Assembly: GCA_964234715.1 (NCBI GenBank)
Contig: OZ174281.1
Reading direction: 5' to 3' (one strand)
From: Podarcis melisellensis
Lineage: Eukaryota
DNA: 64,000 nucleotides
Position 1 is the first letter of the stretch, and each line of letters opens with the position of its first letter. The notes under the pieces were generated by a model. It was not told where the DNA came from. It did no database searches and saw nothing but the letters and a program-made list of their open reading frames with translations. The position numbers and the translations under genes are program-made. Below, piece by piece: positions 37,415 through 50,477 of the stretch.

Positions 37415-39030
37415 TCTCATGATTCTTTGTGCCAGACCATTCCAAAACACACTGAGTTGGATCCAGATTTGGGGTTGTATTCAACACTGTTGTTCCACTT
37501 GCATAATAGGCTTTTGCTTGCACGATGGAACTTCCCTGCCCTCTCTTCTGCAACCCCCACCCGTTCACTCTCGAAATGTTTTTCCACGTGGTTGAGAAAC
37601 CCTATAGAACAGTTTTGTGGGTCCTTGAGGAAAGGTGAGGAATAAGTCCCACTGCACAAGCAGAAGTCTTGAATAAGTAGAACAGCAGCATTGACTACAA
37701 CTAGTGCTATTTTTCTAGAAAAAGAAGTGCTGGAACTCACCATGAACATCTCCCTCATTCTCTTAGAATGGCAATGGCACCCACCTGAGAGTTGTCAGAA
37801 CTGAGTTCTGACTGAGAAGAAGCCCTTAGTTTATTGCGCTTGGTCACCATTGAAATCAGCTGGGCACATTAATAACTTAAGACCCGGAGATTTCTGTCCC
37901 CTAGATTTGAACAGACATATCCAGATGACTCCATGCTCTAGAAGAATGGCTGGAAAGGGAGGAGAGATGTAGAGAAATGCCAAAATAAAAGGCTACAGAA
38001 AGAATAATCTCATTATCTGGACAAGTCGCTTCTTGTACACAGTAAGACGCTATTTTAAAATGTCCCCAGGGTTGCAAGTGAGGATTGCTCATAGAAATAA
38101 ACTCAGAAATCCAAGATTGGGAGCCAATGTGTACTCACACAAAAGACCTCAACAAGGAAAATATTTTTTTTCTGGGAGGTTGATATATTTTTAATATTGC
38201 CATTTCAGAACTCAGTTTTGACTCTATTCTTTAATGTAGAGATTTGCCTGTTTGTCCTATGTAGAATGTTGAAGGGAATTTCTGGCAGATGTCATCTGTC
38301 ATATCTGTTATATGTCTTTTGCACCTAGTTGGTACATCTTGGGGTTCCAGTAAAAAGTAAAGTTGATCCGAAAGTCTGCCTACCCCTAACATAGTTGGTA
38401 GCAATCAACAAGAATGTCACTGGAGATAGGAGGATTTATTAAACAACATTTGTACATGCATCTACAAAGCAAGCTCATCAGTCTGAAAATTCTGTGCACA
38501 TAATAATCTGAGTCTGAGAAAACCTTCTAAGGAAAGTGACACACACAAATTGTAATGCAGTCAAGCCTGAAGAGTAAACACACAAATTTGTATTCGAAAC
38601 TACACGCTATAGTGACATGTCTAGCCGCCACTATTATGATGATGATTTATTAGACACGTAACATAAGCACACCACTGTCACACAATCCTAAGGAATGAAG
38701 GAATCCCCATTTAGGATCTGTGAGCAGTGATTATTGATTTACATGGACCAAGTCTTCAGCACTTCTCTTTTGCAAAGAGAATCCCATGGCTTTTCCCAAT
38801 CTGCTGCCCTCCGGTTGTTTTGGACTCGAACTCCCATCAGCCTCTGCAAACATGTCCAGTGATCAGGGATGATGAGAGCTGTAGTTCAGAACATCCGGAA
38901 GACGCCAGGTTGGGGAAGACTGCTCCATGGTATTCATTACATGACAAGGGCACAATACAAATTACATGCTTCAGATTGTCACCCTATGAAATCAGCAGCA
39001 GTAGGTGGCTTGTGATGTAAGCTGTATGGA

Positions 39031-39275
39031 AAGAAGAAGAGTTTGGATATGATATCCGGCTTTATCACTGCCCTAAGGAGTCTCAAAGCGGCTAACAATC
39101 TCCTTTCCCTTCCTCCTCCACAACAAACACTCTGTGAGGTGAGTGGGGCTGAGAGACTTCAGAGAAGTGTGACTAACCCAAGGTCACCCAGCAGCTGCAT
39201 GTGGAGGAGCAGGGAATCGAACCCGGTTCACCAGATTACGAGTCCACCGCTCTTAACCACTACACCATGCTGGCC
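39031..39275 (-). mobile_element. Squam3-type SINE
   Basis: Reverse complement of the same family. Confidence 0.82.
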
Positions 39276-42200
39276 CAGTTCCCAACCCTGAATCACACAT
39301 AACATGTTAATATATGTTGGAACAACCTTGGGTCCCCAAATGTTGTTGGACTACAACTCCCATAATCTCTGACCACTGGTCCTGCTAGCTAGGGATGCTG
39401 TCTTGAATGGAGGCAGTCTAAAAAGATGTGTCATTGGAGCATGTGGGGATAACGTAGGTTCACTTCAGAGTTGGTGCCTTCTGCTGGGATGAACTCAAGC
39501 CAGATTTTGTTCTGGGTTGCTAATGGAGGCAGAGGAGAGGCACTGACAAGGCGTGAAGTTTCCCTCTCGTGAAAGCAAGCAAGTGTAGCGTAGCAGTCTG
39601 GGAAATGGATTCACGTACCTTTTCAACCATAAAACTCAATGACCTGGTTTGAACACCATGGTAAGCCACAGTGTCTTACTGACACCACCACCTCCATCTC
39701 ACTAACCTGGGGGGCCTGTGAGTCTGTGGTTTGCCTCGGGAGCCAAAATGTGTTGGGCTGGCTGTGGACACCACATACACCACCACAAGCCCTTTGGAGA
39801 AAAGAAGGCATACAAATGTGATTAAGAACGTAGAGCCTGCTGGATCAAGCGATGTCACAGCATCCCACCCTGACATTGGCCAGCCAGAGGCCTGTGGAAA
39901 ACCTGCAAGCAGCATTCAAGCACAAGAGCACTCTACCCTTGATTGATACATAGAATTGATTGATACATGAATTGTAGAAAAGAAGAGAAAAGAAAAGAAA
40001 GATAACCTAGGTAGATTTTAAGACTTAGGGGAAGTTAGGCACAACACTGCTGTATTTTTTATTTTATTTATGTACGCATTCTTATGAGTAGGAGACTCCC
40101 TTTCAAAAAATAAAGTCAGGCCTTTGGAAGATTTTGTCACTAGGACTGTGCCACTTGTTCCCATTAGTGCTGACTGGTGAACGTGGCATGTATTTTTTAT
40201 TCTAAAATATTTATATTTGCAAACTAACATGTCACAGAACAGAATCAAAATTTAGCATCGCCGTGACTGTCTCTTGTTTCATTATTATCTCTCTGGAAGA
40301 GATCTCAGACACTGATGCCCTTGCAAATGTGCTGTGTTGCTTGGTAAGTTCGTTTTTATATCGAGACACAGGGGCTCATATTTCAAGTGTTACTCTCTGA
40401 ATATTCCACCCAATAACAAATGCAAATCATAAATGTCAGCGCTGAAAAAGCTGGGCAAGACAAAAGAAACCAATAAATGGAATAAACTCAGGGCATATTT
40501 CCCTGTTCAGAAAATCCCTCCAATGCAGTAAAACAGCATCATAAGGAAAGTACATCATCTCACCCTACAAAGTTGCTCTCGTGAGCCAAGCTATGGCACC
40601 TCATTATCCGTTAAGCCAGTGACTATGGGCACAACCCAGAGAAAGTCAGGAATGCTAAATCGTAAGGAGATCAAGTAGTCTTGAGCAAAGACTAATTGCC
40701 AAAGGCTGCAACCCTAAGGTTATTTGGAAGTAAGCTGTACTGAAACCGGCGGAACTGCATAAACATGGTAGGACTTATTTTCAACAGGGTGATAAGTTTA
40801 TCTGACTTTCTATTGCACTCAGTTTGAAACAGAGATCTTAGTTTAAAAATAAAAAATAAAATCATGCACAGCCACCCAAACCCCCACCCAGGTAACACCA
40901 CAAGCCAGCAAGCTAGTGTAGCTGAGGGATCCACGGATCAGCCCCCCCCCCCCCGATCTGAAGTCGCTGGTTCCGTTGCCCTACAGCATCCTGTTCTGGG
41001 CCATTCTGCTTCCTACTGCTGGCAGGAACCTTCCCTTTAGCACAATGTTTCTCAGACACTGTGCCTTGGGTCACTTTCAGGAGGTTCTCAGTGCCACAAC
41101 CTATCCAGGGCTTCCTCAGTTGCCTGTTCCATCACCCAGCTGTGACTTGGGGCTGGATCAATGGGCTCCAGCAACTCCTTACATGCTAAGTAAATGTTGC
41201 TAGGAAAAATGTGGGGTGGGGAGGAAGCTAGGTTTCCCTCTCCTATGGGGAAAGGGCCAGAGAGGGGAGGTTAGAAATTCACATATAAGGTGGATGTTAT
41301 CTTCATCACCACCATCATCAGCATCTGGGAATAGAAAGGAAGGAGATAAGAAGCAAGCTGCTACAGAAGAACGAAGTCAGGAAGAAGGGATGAAAGAAAC
41401 TTGCAGGTGTTGTGGGGTGGGGAGGAAGAGGTACACTGTGTGTGTAAAAAGAATAGGACAAGAAAATGCAGGAGATGGATAAAAATATGCTGAGACGCAA
41501 GTGCATGTGGGAAGGTAAAATATAAAAGCAAAGGCCTTCTCCACTTACAGCCTTTAGATCATAGAATCATAGTATTAGAAGGTACCCTAGCCCAACACCC
41601 TGCACTGTAGGAATATGCCACCATCCCGTACAGGGATCAAACGTGCAACCTTGGTGTTATCAGCACTACTCTCGGTATATTCTGCTGACAATGGCAGAGT
41701 ATCTCCTGAGTAAATGCATGTACTTAGCTTGAGGGAAGATGTGCTATGGAACTGCTCACCACAAGGTAAATGCTGAGTAATTTTCAAGGATGGATCACTT
41801 ATCAGAAAATGCCAGTGATTTCCAGCTGATTGTGTCAAACTCTCTGCTGCTATTTCCCACCATTTTGTGACAGGTGGGCCTCGGTAATTTTCAGTCTTCA
41901 CTAAGTTTGAGAAGACCTTTACTAGTGATACTCCTCCCTAGCAGCAGAGAGAATAGGACACAGCATCCTTACCCCCTCAGCTATCAACAAGGTTTTTATT
42001 CAGAAGGAAGCCCCTTTGAAATAAATAGGACATGCAACCTGATCCACAGTTCCTCAAAAGTTTTGGTGTCTTCAGTTGCACTTACTTCCAAATATGTGTG
42101 CATAGGATTAGACTCTGATCATAAGAGCTTTAAAGCCACTTTTCATTTTGTGCAGCAGCAAAAGGAAACTTGATGTGCCATCTGTGTAAAGCAGGAAACA

Positions 42201-42508
42201 TTGCAGGAACTTCAGGCATATAACTGACACACACAAGAAAACGATTTGGCCGTGGTGCGTTTTATGTTTTTCTGTTTCATGGTTTACACGTTGCTACAGC
42301 AAACACCAGTAGAACAATAATGACCCAGGCTGTCATGGTCATTCATCCACTTGTTACAAAATCCAAAAATGGATTTGGATGTCAATCAAATTATTTGTAA
42401 TGGGGAGGCTGATTAGTGATGATTTCTATACCACTTTATATATTTAAAATATATCTAAGAACTGTAGCAAACAACTGAAGCAACAACAAACAACTTAAAC
42501 AAAATATT

Positions 42509-42631
42509 ACAAAAATACAGGGTTACATATAAAAATGTTACAATAATACAAATTTACTAATATTGATGTAGTGTATATATAAGTAACTTTGTATTACTGT
42601 AACATTTTTATATGTAACTCTACATTTTTGT
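42509..42631. repeat. Long AT-rich inverted repeat (50-bp arms, 23-nt spacer)
   Basis: 42509-42558 is the reverse complement of 42582-42631 with 5 mismatches. Confidence 0.9.
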
Positions 42632-43132
42632 CAATCAATTCATTTACCTCCTGACACACCCTCCCTCTCAGGCTCTGGGTTCTTGCCCAGGGTCCAAACA
42701 AACTTTCAGCTCACCCACAAAAGTCTCACAATAAAGAGTTCATGTAAACAGCAGACATCACCCTAGTCTCTCACTCTAGATTTGCTTTTTATGGGCAGGT
42801 CCAAGTTGGATGGTACATCCTTAGGCTGCCCACAGCTGTGTCCCATTCAGCTGCACTCTCCACACCCAGTTCAGGTACAGCAGGTTAGTTGAGCGGTCCA
42901 GAGGATGGAGAAAGGCCCCCCTCCACTGACAGCTCTTTCCTCACCGTTTGTCCTTTCCTCCTCCAGATGCTGGCTGAGCAAGTAGTAGCTCAATTGCTTT
43001 AGATACACCAGTCAGGTTGTGTGTCTGTACGGCTTTCCTCAGCAATTTCTGTTTCCCTGGGGATGCCATGTGTTCTCTTTTTCCAGGACGCGTCCTCTTT
43101 TTCAGGGGTAAAATTTGGGACAAATCGCATTT

Positions 43133-43425
43133 AGAGCCAGTGTGGTGTAGTGGTTAAGAGCGGTAGACTCGTAATCTGGTGCACCGGGTTCGTGTCTCTG
43201 CTCCTCCACATGCAGCTGCTGCGTGACCTTAGGCTAGTCACACTTCTTTGAAGTCTCTCAGCCCCACTCACCTCACAGAGTGTTTGTTGTGGGGGAGGAA
43301 GGGAAAGGAGAACATTAGCCGCTTTGAGACTCCCTCGGGTACTGATAAAGCGGGATATCAAATCCAAACTACTACTATTCTTCTTCTTCTTCTTCTTCTT
43401 CTTCTTCTTCTTCTTCTTCTTCTTC
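43133..43425 (+). mobile_element. Squam3-type SINE with long (TTC)n tail
   Basis: GAGCCAGTGTGGTGTAGTGGTTAAGAGCGGTAGACTC head, (TTC)n at about 43378-43425. Confidence 0.85.
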
Positions 43426-44899
43426 TGCTTTGAATGACCATCATGGCATTCTCCTTTTTGCTCTGCAAATTAAGGCAAACTGTAGTCTCTGGATGCCCAT
43501 CCACCTTTCTGCAACCTATAATACCACTGGCCACAAAGACTTGGTGACTCAGCTGCAGAAGCTAACAGACATTCAGATGATCAGAATCAAATTGTTCTTC
43601 TGGGTTCCTAACCGGGACATCACAGAATGTAACAATGATAACTGCACCTTCTTTGCTGGGTGCTACATGGTTCAATTTCAGAATGTTTACCATTCAACAT
43701 CTATATATGAGGCTGTTGGCAACATTCTGCAAACTGGAGGCACAGTATTGGTAATGTCTTTGCAGTCTTTCTAGTCTTGAAGTTAGACTGCTTCAATGCA
43801 CTCTTTGCATGGCCAGCTGTAACACTATTAATAAGTACAGTAAAAACAGGAATATACTTGCAGAATTGATAACTGACTACTCAGTGTGAATTTATGGCCT
43901 TAAATTAAAGCAAGCGAAACTGTTTTGAAGGCTGCAGCTTAAACAGGATAATTGTTCTGTCTCCTGCTTTTTACCCTGACATTTGCCAAAACTCATGACT
44001 TAATTTTTTTCTGTTCTATAAAATTTGTTTTTGCTGTCCGATGCATGTGGAGATGCAATATTTCCCCCTCCCCATTCCTTTTTTGATTCTAAAATGAATA
44101 TAATGAAGTACCAATGGAAAGTAATCAGGTAGAAGCGGAGGAAAACCTCCCAAAATACAGTAAGGGCTGGAAGCAAGTTGTTTGCTGGGTGAGGCACCTT
44201 ACCACAAGTAGCAGTTTTCAGCTTACCAACTTATAAATCAGTTCCTGTAGCTAGGAAATTTTTACTTGTGGCACCAGAACATAATGGGACCTGGACCTGT
44301 GCATTTTCCGTTGTTGCACTTAAACTTTGGAATATCCGTCCTTCTGTCATATGTGAAGCATCATGCACTATTTGCTTTGGACATCTTATAAAGACTAAAC
44401 AAGAAATCCTTGTAAGCTGCTGAAAGAACAGGTGGAATTTAAGTAATTTTGTGTGTGTGTGTGTATTATTGTAGTGGAGATATTTCTTTTAACAGCACCC
44501 TGGCTGGTAGAAATATACAGAAGTTTCTCCTATAATTGTGATTCCAAGGCAGAAAAGGCTTCAACTCCTTTGCGGGGAGGGTTGGCAACCCTGACGCGCA
44601 CCAACGTATTTGAATAATTATTAATAATAATATTATTTGTACCCTGCCCATCTGGGTGGCTTCCAACAAAATATAAAAAATTATAAAACCTCAAAAACAT
44701 TAATTCAATTTCTTAAAATGTAAAACAACATTGTAAAATGTAAAATGATTGTAAAACAACAATAAGAACCTCAAGGCGGTTTACAAAAATAAAATTCACA
44801 ACTATACTTAAAAAAACAAAAACAAAAATATGGCATGTGTGTTTTAAATTAATCCCGCGCCCTTTAAAGCCAAGAAGCAAACAGTGCATTGAAGGAGAC

Positions 44900-45750
44900 A
44901 GCAAAGATCCCACTTGAAACGGGACTGAGGGTTTCGCTTAGACGTGCTTTGCCGCACGAGCTGGAAGCTCGCTTTGCTTCTCGCGACTTGAAAGGGAAAC
45001 GCCAGGCTCAGAAAAGAGTGGGCTGGACCAATGATGCGAGGAACTCGGGGGGGAGGGGGCGGGAATAGATCAACAGAGAACTTCTCTCCCGACCGCCCCC
45101 TCCTCTGGGGCTGTAACATTTGTCATCGCTCGAAGGAGGTCGGGTAGGAACGTACCATTGTCGCAGCGAAGGGGTGCGCTCGCTAACAGTCCTCACGGGC
45201 TCATTTTCCGGACGGCAACGGGGACCGTTCCGTTTGGAAACGGAGCTACGGGGAGCTGAGTCGAAAGCAGCGCCGCGCCGCCGGGGCACGGTGGCGCCCG
45301 ATGTCGCCGTTGGCCAGGACGTTGCTCCGTCCCCTCCCCTGTTTTGAGAGTGGCGATGGCTCGGCCCAACGGGTAACCGCTTCCTCCTCCACAGCTCGCT
45401 GCTGTTCTTCCCAGGGCTTTGCCGCCGCTGTCGCCGCTGTGGCCTCAGAGGCGGGAGGGGGCAGGAAGAAGGAGGAGGAGCGGGGAGCCGCCGCGGTGCG
45501 CGCCGAGGCCCGTCTTCGCGCGGGGGCCCAAGATGTCGGTGGCGTTCGCAGCCCCCAGGCAGCGGGGGAAGGGCGAGATCACGCCGGCTGCCATCCAGAA
45601 GGTGGGCTGAGGGGCCTAGGCCGGGCCAGGCTGCCGAAGCCGGGCTGGGGCTCATTACGGGGGGGGGGTGAGGGAGGTCGGCGCCCCGGCTCGCCCCTGG
45701 GGCAGCTCGGGACGTTGGGAGCCCCCAAAAGTAGTCCTTCGCCGTTTTAA
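44900..45750. promoter_or_regulatory. SS18 CpG island promoter
   Basis: CpG-rich region around SS18 exon 1. CCAAT 45028-45032, TCTCGCGA (partial BANP/ZBTB33-type motif) 44979-44986, GC boxes. Confidence 0.82.
45533..45601 (+). CDS. SS18: SS18 exon 1 (MSVAFAAPRQRGKGEITPAAIQK)
   Basis: Canonical SS18 N-terminus, 69 nt, AAG|GTGGG donor. Confidence 0.97.
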
Positions 45751-45929
45751 TGTGGCGCTCTTCCTTTCTCTTTCCCTGTCCCAACACCTCCCCGCCTAAT
45801 GGAGGGGTTGCAGCTGTGGCAGCCCTGCGAGGTAGGCCGCTATTGTCACTTTCCCTAAGAAGGGGTTGACGGGAGGGGTGGAGGTGGCTTGAATATCCAA
45901 CACAGAGCTGCACCGACCTTCCACTTTAA

Positions 45930-46120
45930 ATAGTAGTAGTAATAGTAGTAGTAATAGTAGTAGTAGTAATAATAATAATAATAATTTATACCCCGCCCAT
46001 CTGGCTGGGTTTCCCCAGCCACTCTGGGCAACTTCCAGCAAAATATTAAAGTACAATCATTCATCAAATATTAAAAGTTTCCCTAAGCAGGACTGCCTTC
46101 GGATGTCTTCTAAAAGTCAG
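45930..46120 (-). mobile_element. L2 3'-end fragment with (TAG/TAA)n microsatellite tail
   Basis: Reverse complement of the 57320-57542 element. Confidence 0.75.
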
Positions 46121-46156
46121 TAGTAGTAGTATTGTGACTTGCATTCGTCGAGATAG

Positions 46157-46395
46157 GCAGTGCGGTTTTAGTAGTAGGTTTAAAAGTGTGGGATCAGGAC
46201 CTGGGAGACCAGGGTTCAAATACCCACTCCGCCTTGATGGCCTCTGGGTGGCCTTGGGCCAGTCACTGCTTCTCAGCTCAGCCGAACTCAATAGGGTTAT
46301 TTGAGGGTGGGTGGGGGTTAAATGAGGAAGGGGAGAGCCATGGCATGCCACTTGAAGGCCCTGAACATGGGATAGAAATGAAATAAATGGTAATA
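46157..46395 (+). mobile_element. Older diverged Squam3-like SINE
   Basis: tRNA-like box B GGTTCAAATACCC, CCTTGGGCCAGTCAC core, AAAT-rich tail. Confidence 0.55.
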
Positions 46396-48222
46396 AATGT
46401 TGGAAATCCGGAAAGCTCAAGCAGTGGCCGCACACAACATAATCATGGAGTGGAAGGGAAGCGTAGAGCTAAATGGATTATAGGGGAGGGGAAGGAGGAG
46501 TGCATTAGCTGGAATTGCTCAAGAAATTGCAGAAAATCTTGTTACATGCATGTGAAAATGTCAGAGATGTCCCACTAATTATAAGTGATTCTCCTACCTC
46601 TCCTCCCCACCCCGAAGGCCCACAGCATCCAGCATGTTGCTAACTCATGATCTACCCGGGGGGGGGGCACAAATCATTATTTACTGAGTAATATAAGAGC
46701 AGGCATTCAGGATTAACGCAGTGGTGAAGGCAGAGTATAAGAGAAATCATAGCTCTTACCTACTGTTTCAGTATGAAAATTGGGGAGCAGTTGATATTAA
46801 AAGAACTTGCATCTGGAGGTGTATGTTTCAGCTGAAGTACTTTTACAGTAAGTTAAGTAGTTTAGAAGAGTGAAGATTTTAAAGAGTTGCTGTAAGTTAA
46901 ATCATTATGCTTCAGGGAAAATGATGGAAAAGGAGGGTGGGCTGGTAATGGAGAGGTTAGTAATAGGGTATTGGATTGTTAAGATGCTAAAGATATATTT
47001 GTGATGCAAAAATACTGTTGAAAACTTGAGAAACCTGATGGTGGAAACACTTGCAGAACTGGAAAGATCACTGTGGAAAGCATATAGATACAGTATTATG
47101 GTTTCTAGTGTTGCTTAATTCATGGCAGTCGTAGTTAACTAAGAATTTGATGGTCTGCATTCTTTAGAAGACATTGAGGCTACAGTTTTAACACCAAGGG
47201 ACATTGAAGTCCCAGAACTGTTTCTAAATGGCTGAACTAGAAGTTACATTTCTTTTTGGGCATGGTGGATTTTTTAAACCATACAGTTTCATCTTAAGTC
47301 ACCTCCTCCCCATCTGCAATATGGAACTAATAAGACTGATCTATCAGTGGTGGTCTCACAATTACAATAAGATAATATATGTGAAGTACTTTCATTTGCT
47401 CAAACTGGTGCTTGAGTATTGATTCTGTTTAAGTAAACTACACAGTTTTAAGTTCTATATTATCTCTGGTAGCTAACTTCATAAGTGTAGAATCAAGAAT
47501 TTGATGCTTTTAACTAACTGAAGTAATAGAAGTAGTTATAGTAGATTTTATTTGTCTTTTACAGTGACTGCATAAGACAAGAAAAATGAAGTGTCATAGC
47601 TCCAATTGACATTTCTTGAACGCAGAAATTCCTATTTTTTTCCTTCTAAAAATTATGAGTAAATAATTATTGTGGGGGTGGGGAGGGAAAGGAATAATCT
47701 ATGTATGACTAGGAAACTAAAGTGTTCCAGCAGTTTTACTGCTTCAAAATACCTACGGTAATTGCCCGCACTTATTCAAATGAAGCTTCTTTGATTTTAG
47801 GTTGTCTGACTTTTCTAATTCTGTCATTCTAAATACCACTATTCAAGTTTAAGTATGTTTAAGATTGTGGTAGAACTTGAAGTTCTTGATAGCTAAAAGA
47901 GAAACTGGGAAAATCAGTTACATAGTTGCTGTACCCTCCCCCTTATTGAGGAAAAATAACATAAATAGCAGTGGTAATGAATCTGAACTCTGGATTCCAC
48001 AAGAGGGACCAAGAAAGTTTATGATCTGGGTTGAAAAGACAGATTGAGACAAAATCTAGCTCCAGTTGAGATCAGTAATCCTGTTACTATGATAGGCAGC
48101 AAATCTGAAAGGAAGAAAAGGTCTTTTGCTAAACTTTCAAAAAGAAAAGAGATTCGGAATAATAGAGTTCAGTGGGTGCTTGAATGGATTGACCTTATTG
48201 AGAATCTGTTTTATTATTACAG

Positions 48223-48299
48223 ATGTTGGATGAAAACAACCATCTCATTCAGTGTATAATGGACTACCAGAACAAAGGCAAAACTTCAGAGTGCTCTCA
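48223..48299 (+). CDS. SS18: SS18 exon 2, SNH domain (MLDENNHLIQCIMDYQNKGKTSECS)
   Basis: TTACAG| acceptor, CA|GTAAGT donor, 77 nt. Confidence 0.97.
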
Positions 48300-48516
48300 G
48301 TAAGTTAATTACCTGAATGTAATTCATGTTCACTCTTGCCATGTTCACTTTAACCATGCTCTAAAGTAATGTGCTGTGCATACAGAACAGGTTTTTCAGG
48401 TGCACAAAACACATTATGCAAGCAAGTGCATAATCTCTAACTTCTGCTTATATAGCATTATTGTATAGTTGGTACAAGTGATTTTTTTTCTGTTCAGTTA
48501 GCTTGTTAGTATATCT

Positions 48517-49173
48517 CAGACATGTCCAACCGGTCAATTGTGATCAACCAGTAGATCGCGGGAGTGATCCTGGTCAATCGTGGGAATGTTGTCGCCCCCT
48601 GGCACTGGGTCCCGCCACTGCCACAGCAGGAAATGCCGGGCTGTACGGGAAGCGCAAGGGATGTTGCCTGGCCTGGTGGTGGCCATGGCAGCAGCAGCTA
48701 CAACACCCGGGGCAGGGGGGCAGTGACATTCCTTGTCTGCTTGCCTGCCCCCGGCCTGGTTGCTGTGGCAGCCCTGGCACTGGGTCCCTTTGACAATGAG
48801 GGGAAAGGTGGGAGGGGGAAGGAGGGAGGGCAAGTGTGATTGGGATCCACATCAGCTGTGTGGCTCCCTTTGACGGAGGGAGGGGGAAGGCGGAATCGGG
48901 ATCCGCATCAAGTGTGCAGCTCCTTTTGACAGGGATGGAGGAGAGAAAGAAAGGGCTGGCTGGGGTGGGGGAGAAGCCGACTGGCTTCTCAGAGAGAGAA
49001 CTTTTGCCTCCCTCCCCCCCATTTAAACTCTCCCCTCCCGCGTCCAGTTAGCCACCTCCTTCCACACACACACCCCACGCACACTCCTTGCCCCTCCAAT
49101 GACAGTGGGTAGATCACTGCCAGTTTTTTATACTGGGAGTGGATCACAGTCTCTTGAAAGTTGGATGTGCCTG
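48517..49173. mobile_element. hAT MITE with perfect 8-bp TSD GTATATCT
   Basis: TSD 48509-48516 and 49174-49181. TIR CAGACATGTCCAAC / GTTGGATGTGCCTG, subterminal GTAGATC repeats. Confidence 0.85.
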
Positions 49174-49590
49174 GTATATCTGTTTTGTGACATGCACATA
49201 CATATGTGTGGGCCATCATGGTGTAAAATTTTGAATAGGCAAGTTAAGACAACGGTGTGGTTCCTACAACCAGCATTACCCAAAAGACCTCATTCAACTA
49301 TCAACCATCTACACAGGAATGTACTTTGGATATGTGGGAATAAGGCTTTTAAGAGCTTTAAGATGTCAGAAGCAGCACCTAGAAGTGGTGCCTAAAACTA
49401 ATTAATAGCCATTGTGTGGAGACCAAAATCTGAGTATTCTACACCAATTCCTGTTTCTGAGTTTTTAAGTGTAGCCCAGTACAAAGTCTTCATAAGAGGC
49501 AGCCATTAGAATAGCTACATGGCAGTTTTTGACAGTAGTGACATGAGAATCTTTAACCTTAAACTGTAAACATACTCTGCTTTTTTATAG

Positions 49591-49675
49591 TTATCAGCAA
49601 TTGTTGCATACAAACTTGGTCTACCTAGCCACAATAGCAGACTCCAATCAAAATATGCAATCTATACTGCCACCA
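49591..49675 (+). CDS. SS18: SS18 exon 3, SNH domain (YQQLLHTNLVYLATIADSNQNMQSILPP)
   Basis: TTTTATAG| acceptor, CCA|GTAAGT donor, 85 nt. Confidence 0.96.
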
Positions 49676-49929
49676 GTAAGTACCTTGTAAAGACAATTTT
49701 GTGTGCTCTTTCTAATGTAAAAATGTACCTAAAGAAAAATTTAATCACAAATATCTGTACTAATTTTTCTGCATGGCATCTTCTACCTTGTAACAAACAT
49801 CTCTACCCCATATATCTCTGTTTGCAGTATATTACTAAAATAGAACCTTGTGCACAACACTTGCTTGATTTCATTGAAAAGGCTGTAATTCTTAATATAG
49901 GATCAGTCATAATTAAAACCAGCCCAATT

Positions 49930-50360
49930 CAAAGTGCTGATTTTGACTTATAAAGTCTTAAATGGCTCAGGACCGCAGTACCTGAAGGACCGCCTCTCCC
50001 CATATAAATGTCCCAGATTCTAAGCTCACTGGGGCCCCTTTTTTGTGTGCTTCATCCATGTGAGATCTGAAGGGTGGCAACATGAGAACGGGCCTTCTCT
50101 GTAGTGGCTCCCCATTTGTAGAATGCTGTCCCCAGGGAGATTTGATTAGCACCTTCACTATATGTTTTTAGGCGACAGGCAAAAACGTTCCTTTGGCTGA
50201 TTATTATTCCAAAGCCTTTTAAATGTGTATGTGGAAAGGGGGATTCTTGTTCTGCTGTTTCGTTTTACTTATTTTTATCCTGTATTTTATTCTGTGATCT
50301 GCCCTGAGATCCTATGATAAAGAACAATATATAAATCTAATAAATAAAATAAATAATTAG
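49930..50360 (+). mobile_element. Old L2 3' fragment
   Basis: IQFKVLILTYKVLNGSGPQYLKDRL, AT-rich tail. Confidence 0.7.
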
Positions 50361-50477
50361 ATTGTACCTTGACTATTTTACCACAGATTACCAAGTCTCT
50401 TTATGGATATGGCACAGTGATACATTTTATTTTTAAAATGCTAACTCTATGCAACTAATTCTTCCAGTTGCTGAAGG

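Noticed and set aside
37140-37568. Acidic 142-aa ORF (EEEEAWEEEVSEAE...)
   Set aside because: Lies in a purine-rich repeat-like element. No splice structure or known protein similarity.
40255-40350. Possible isolated plus-strand exon ending TTG|GTAAGT
   Set aside because: A single donor match with no convincing acceptor, partner exons or coding similarity.
43133-43200. tRNA-like sequences at SINE heads
   Set aside because: tRNA-derived SINE heads continuous with SINE bodies, not tRNA genes.
45008-45913. 301-aa minus-strand ORF and other long ORFs over the SS18 and TAF4B CpG islands
   Set aside because: Stop-poor GC-rich DNA antisense to real exons. R/P/G-rich with no recognisable domain.
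45796-46067. Poly-Leu and poly-Tyr ORFs (also poly-Ile at 57281 and poly-Leu at 43248)
   Set aside because: Translations of (TAA/TAG)n, (TTA)n and (TTC)n retroelement tails.
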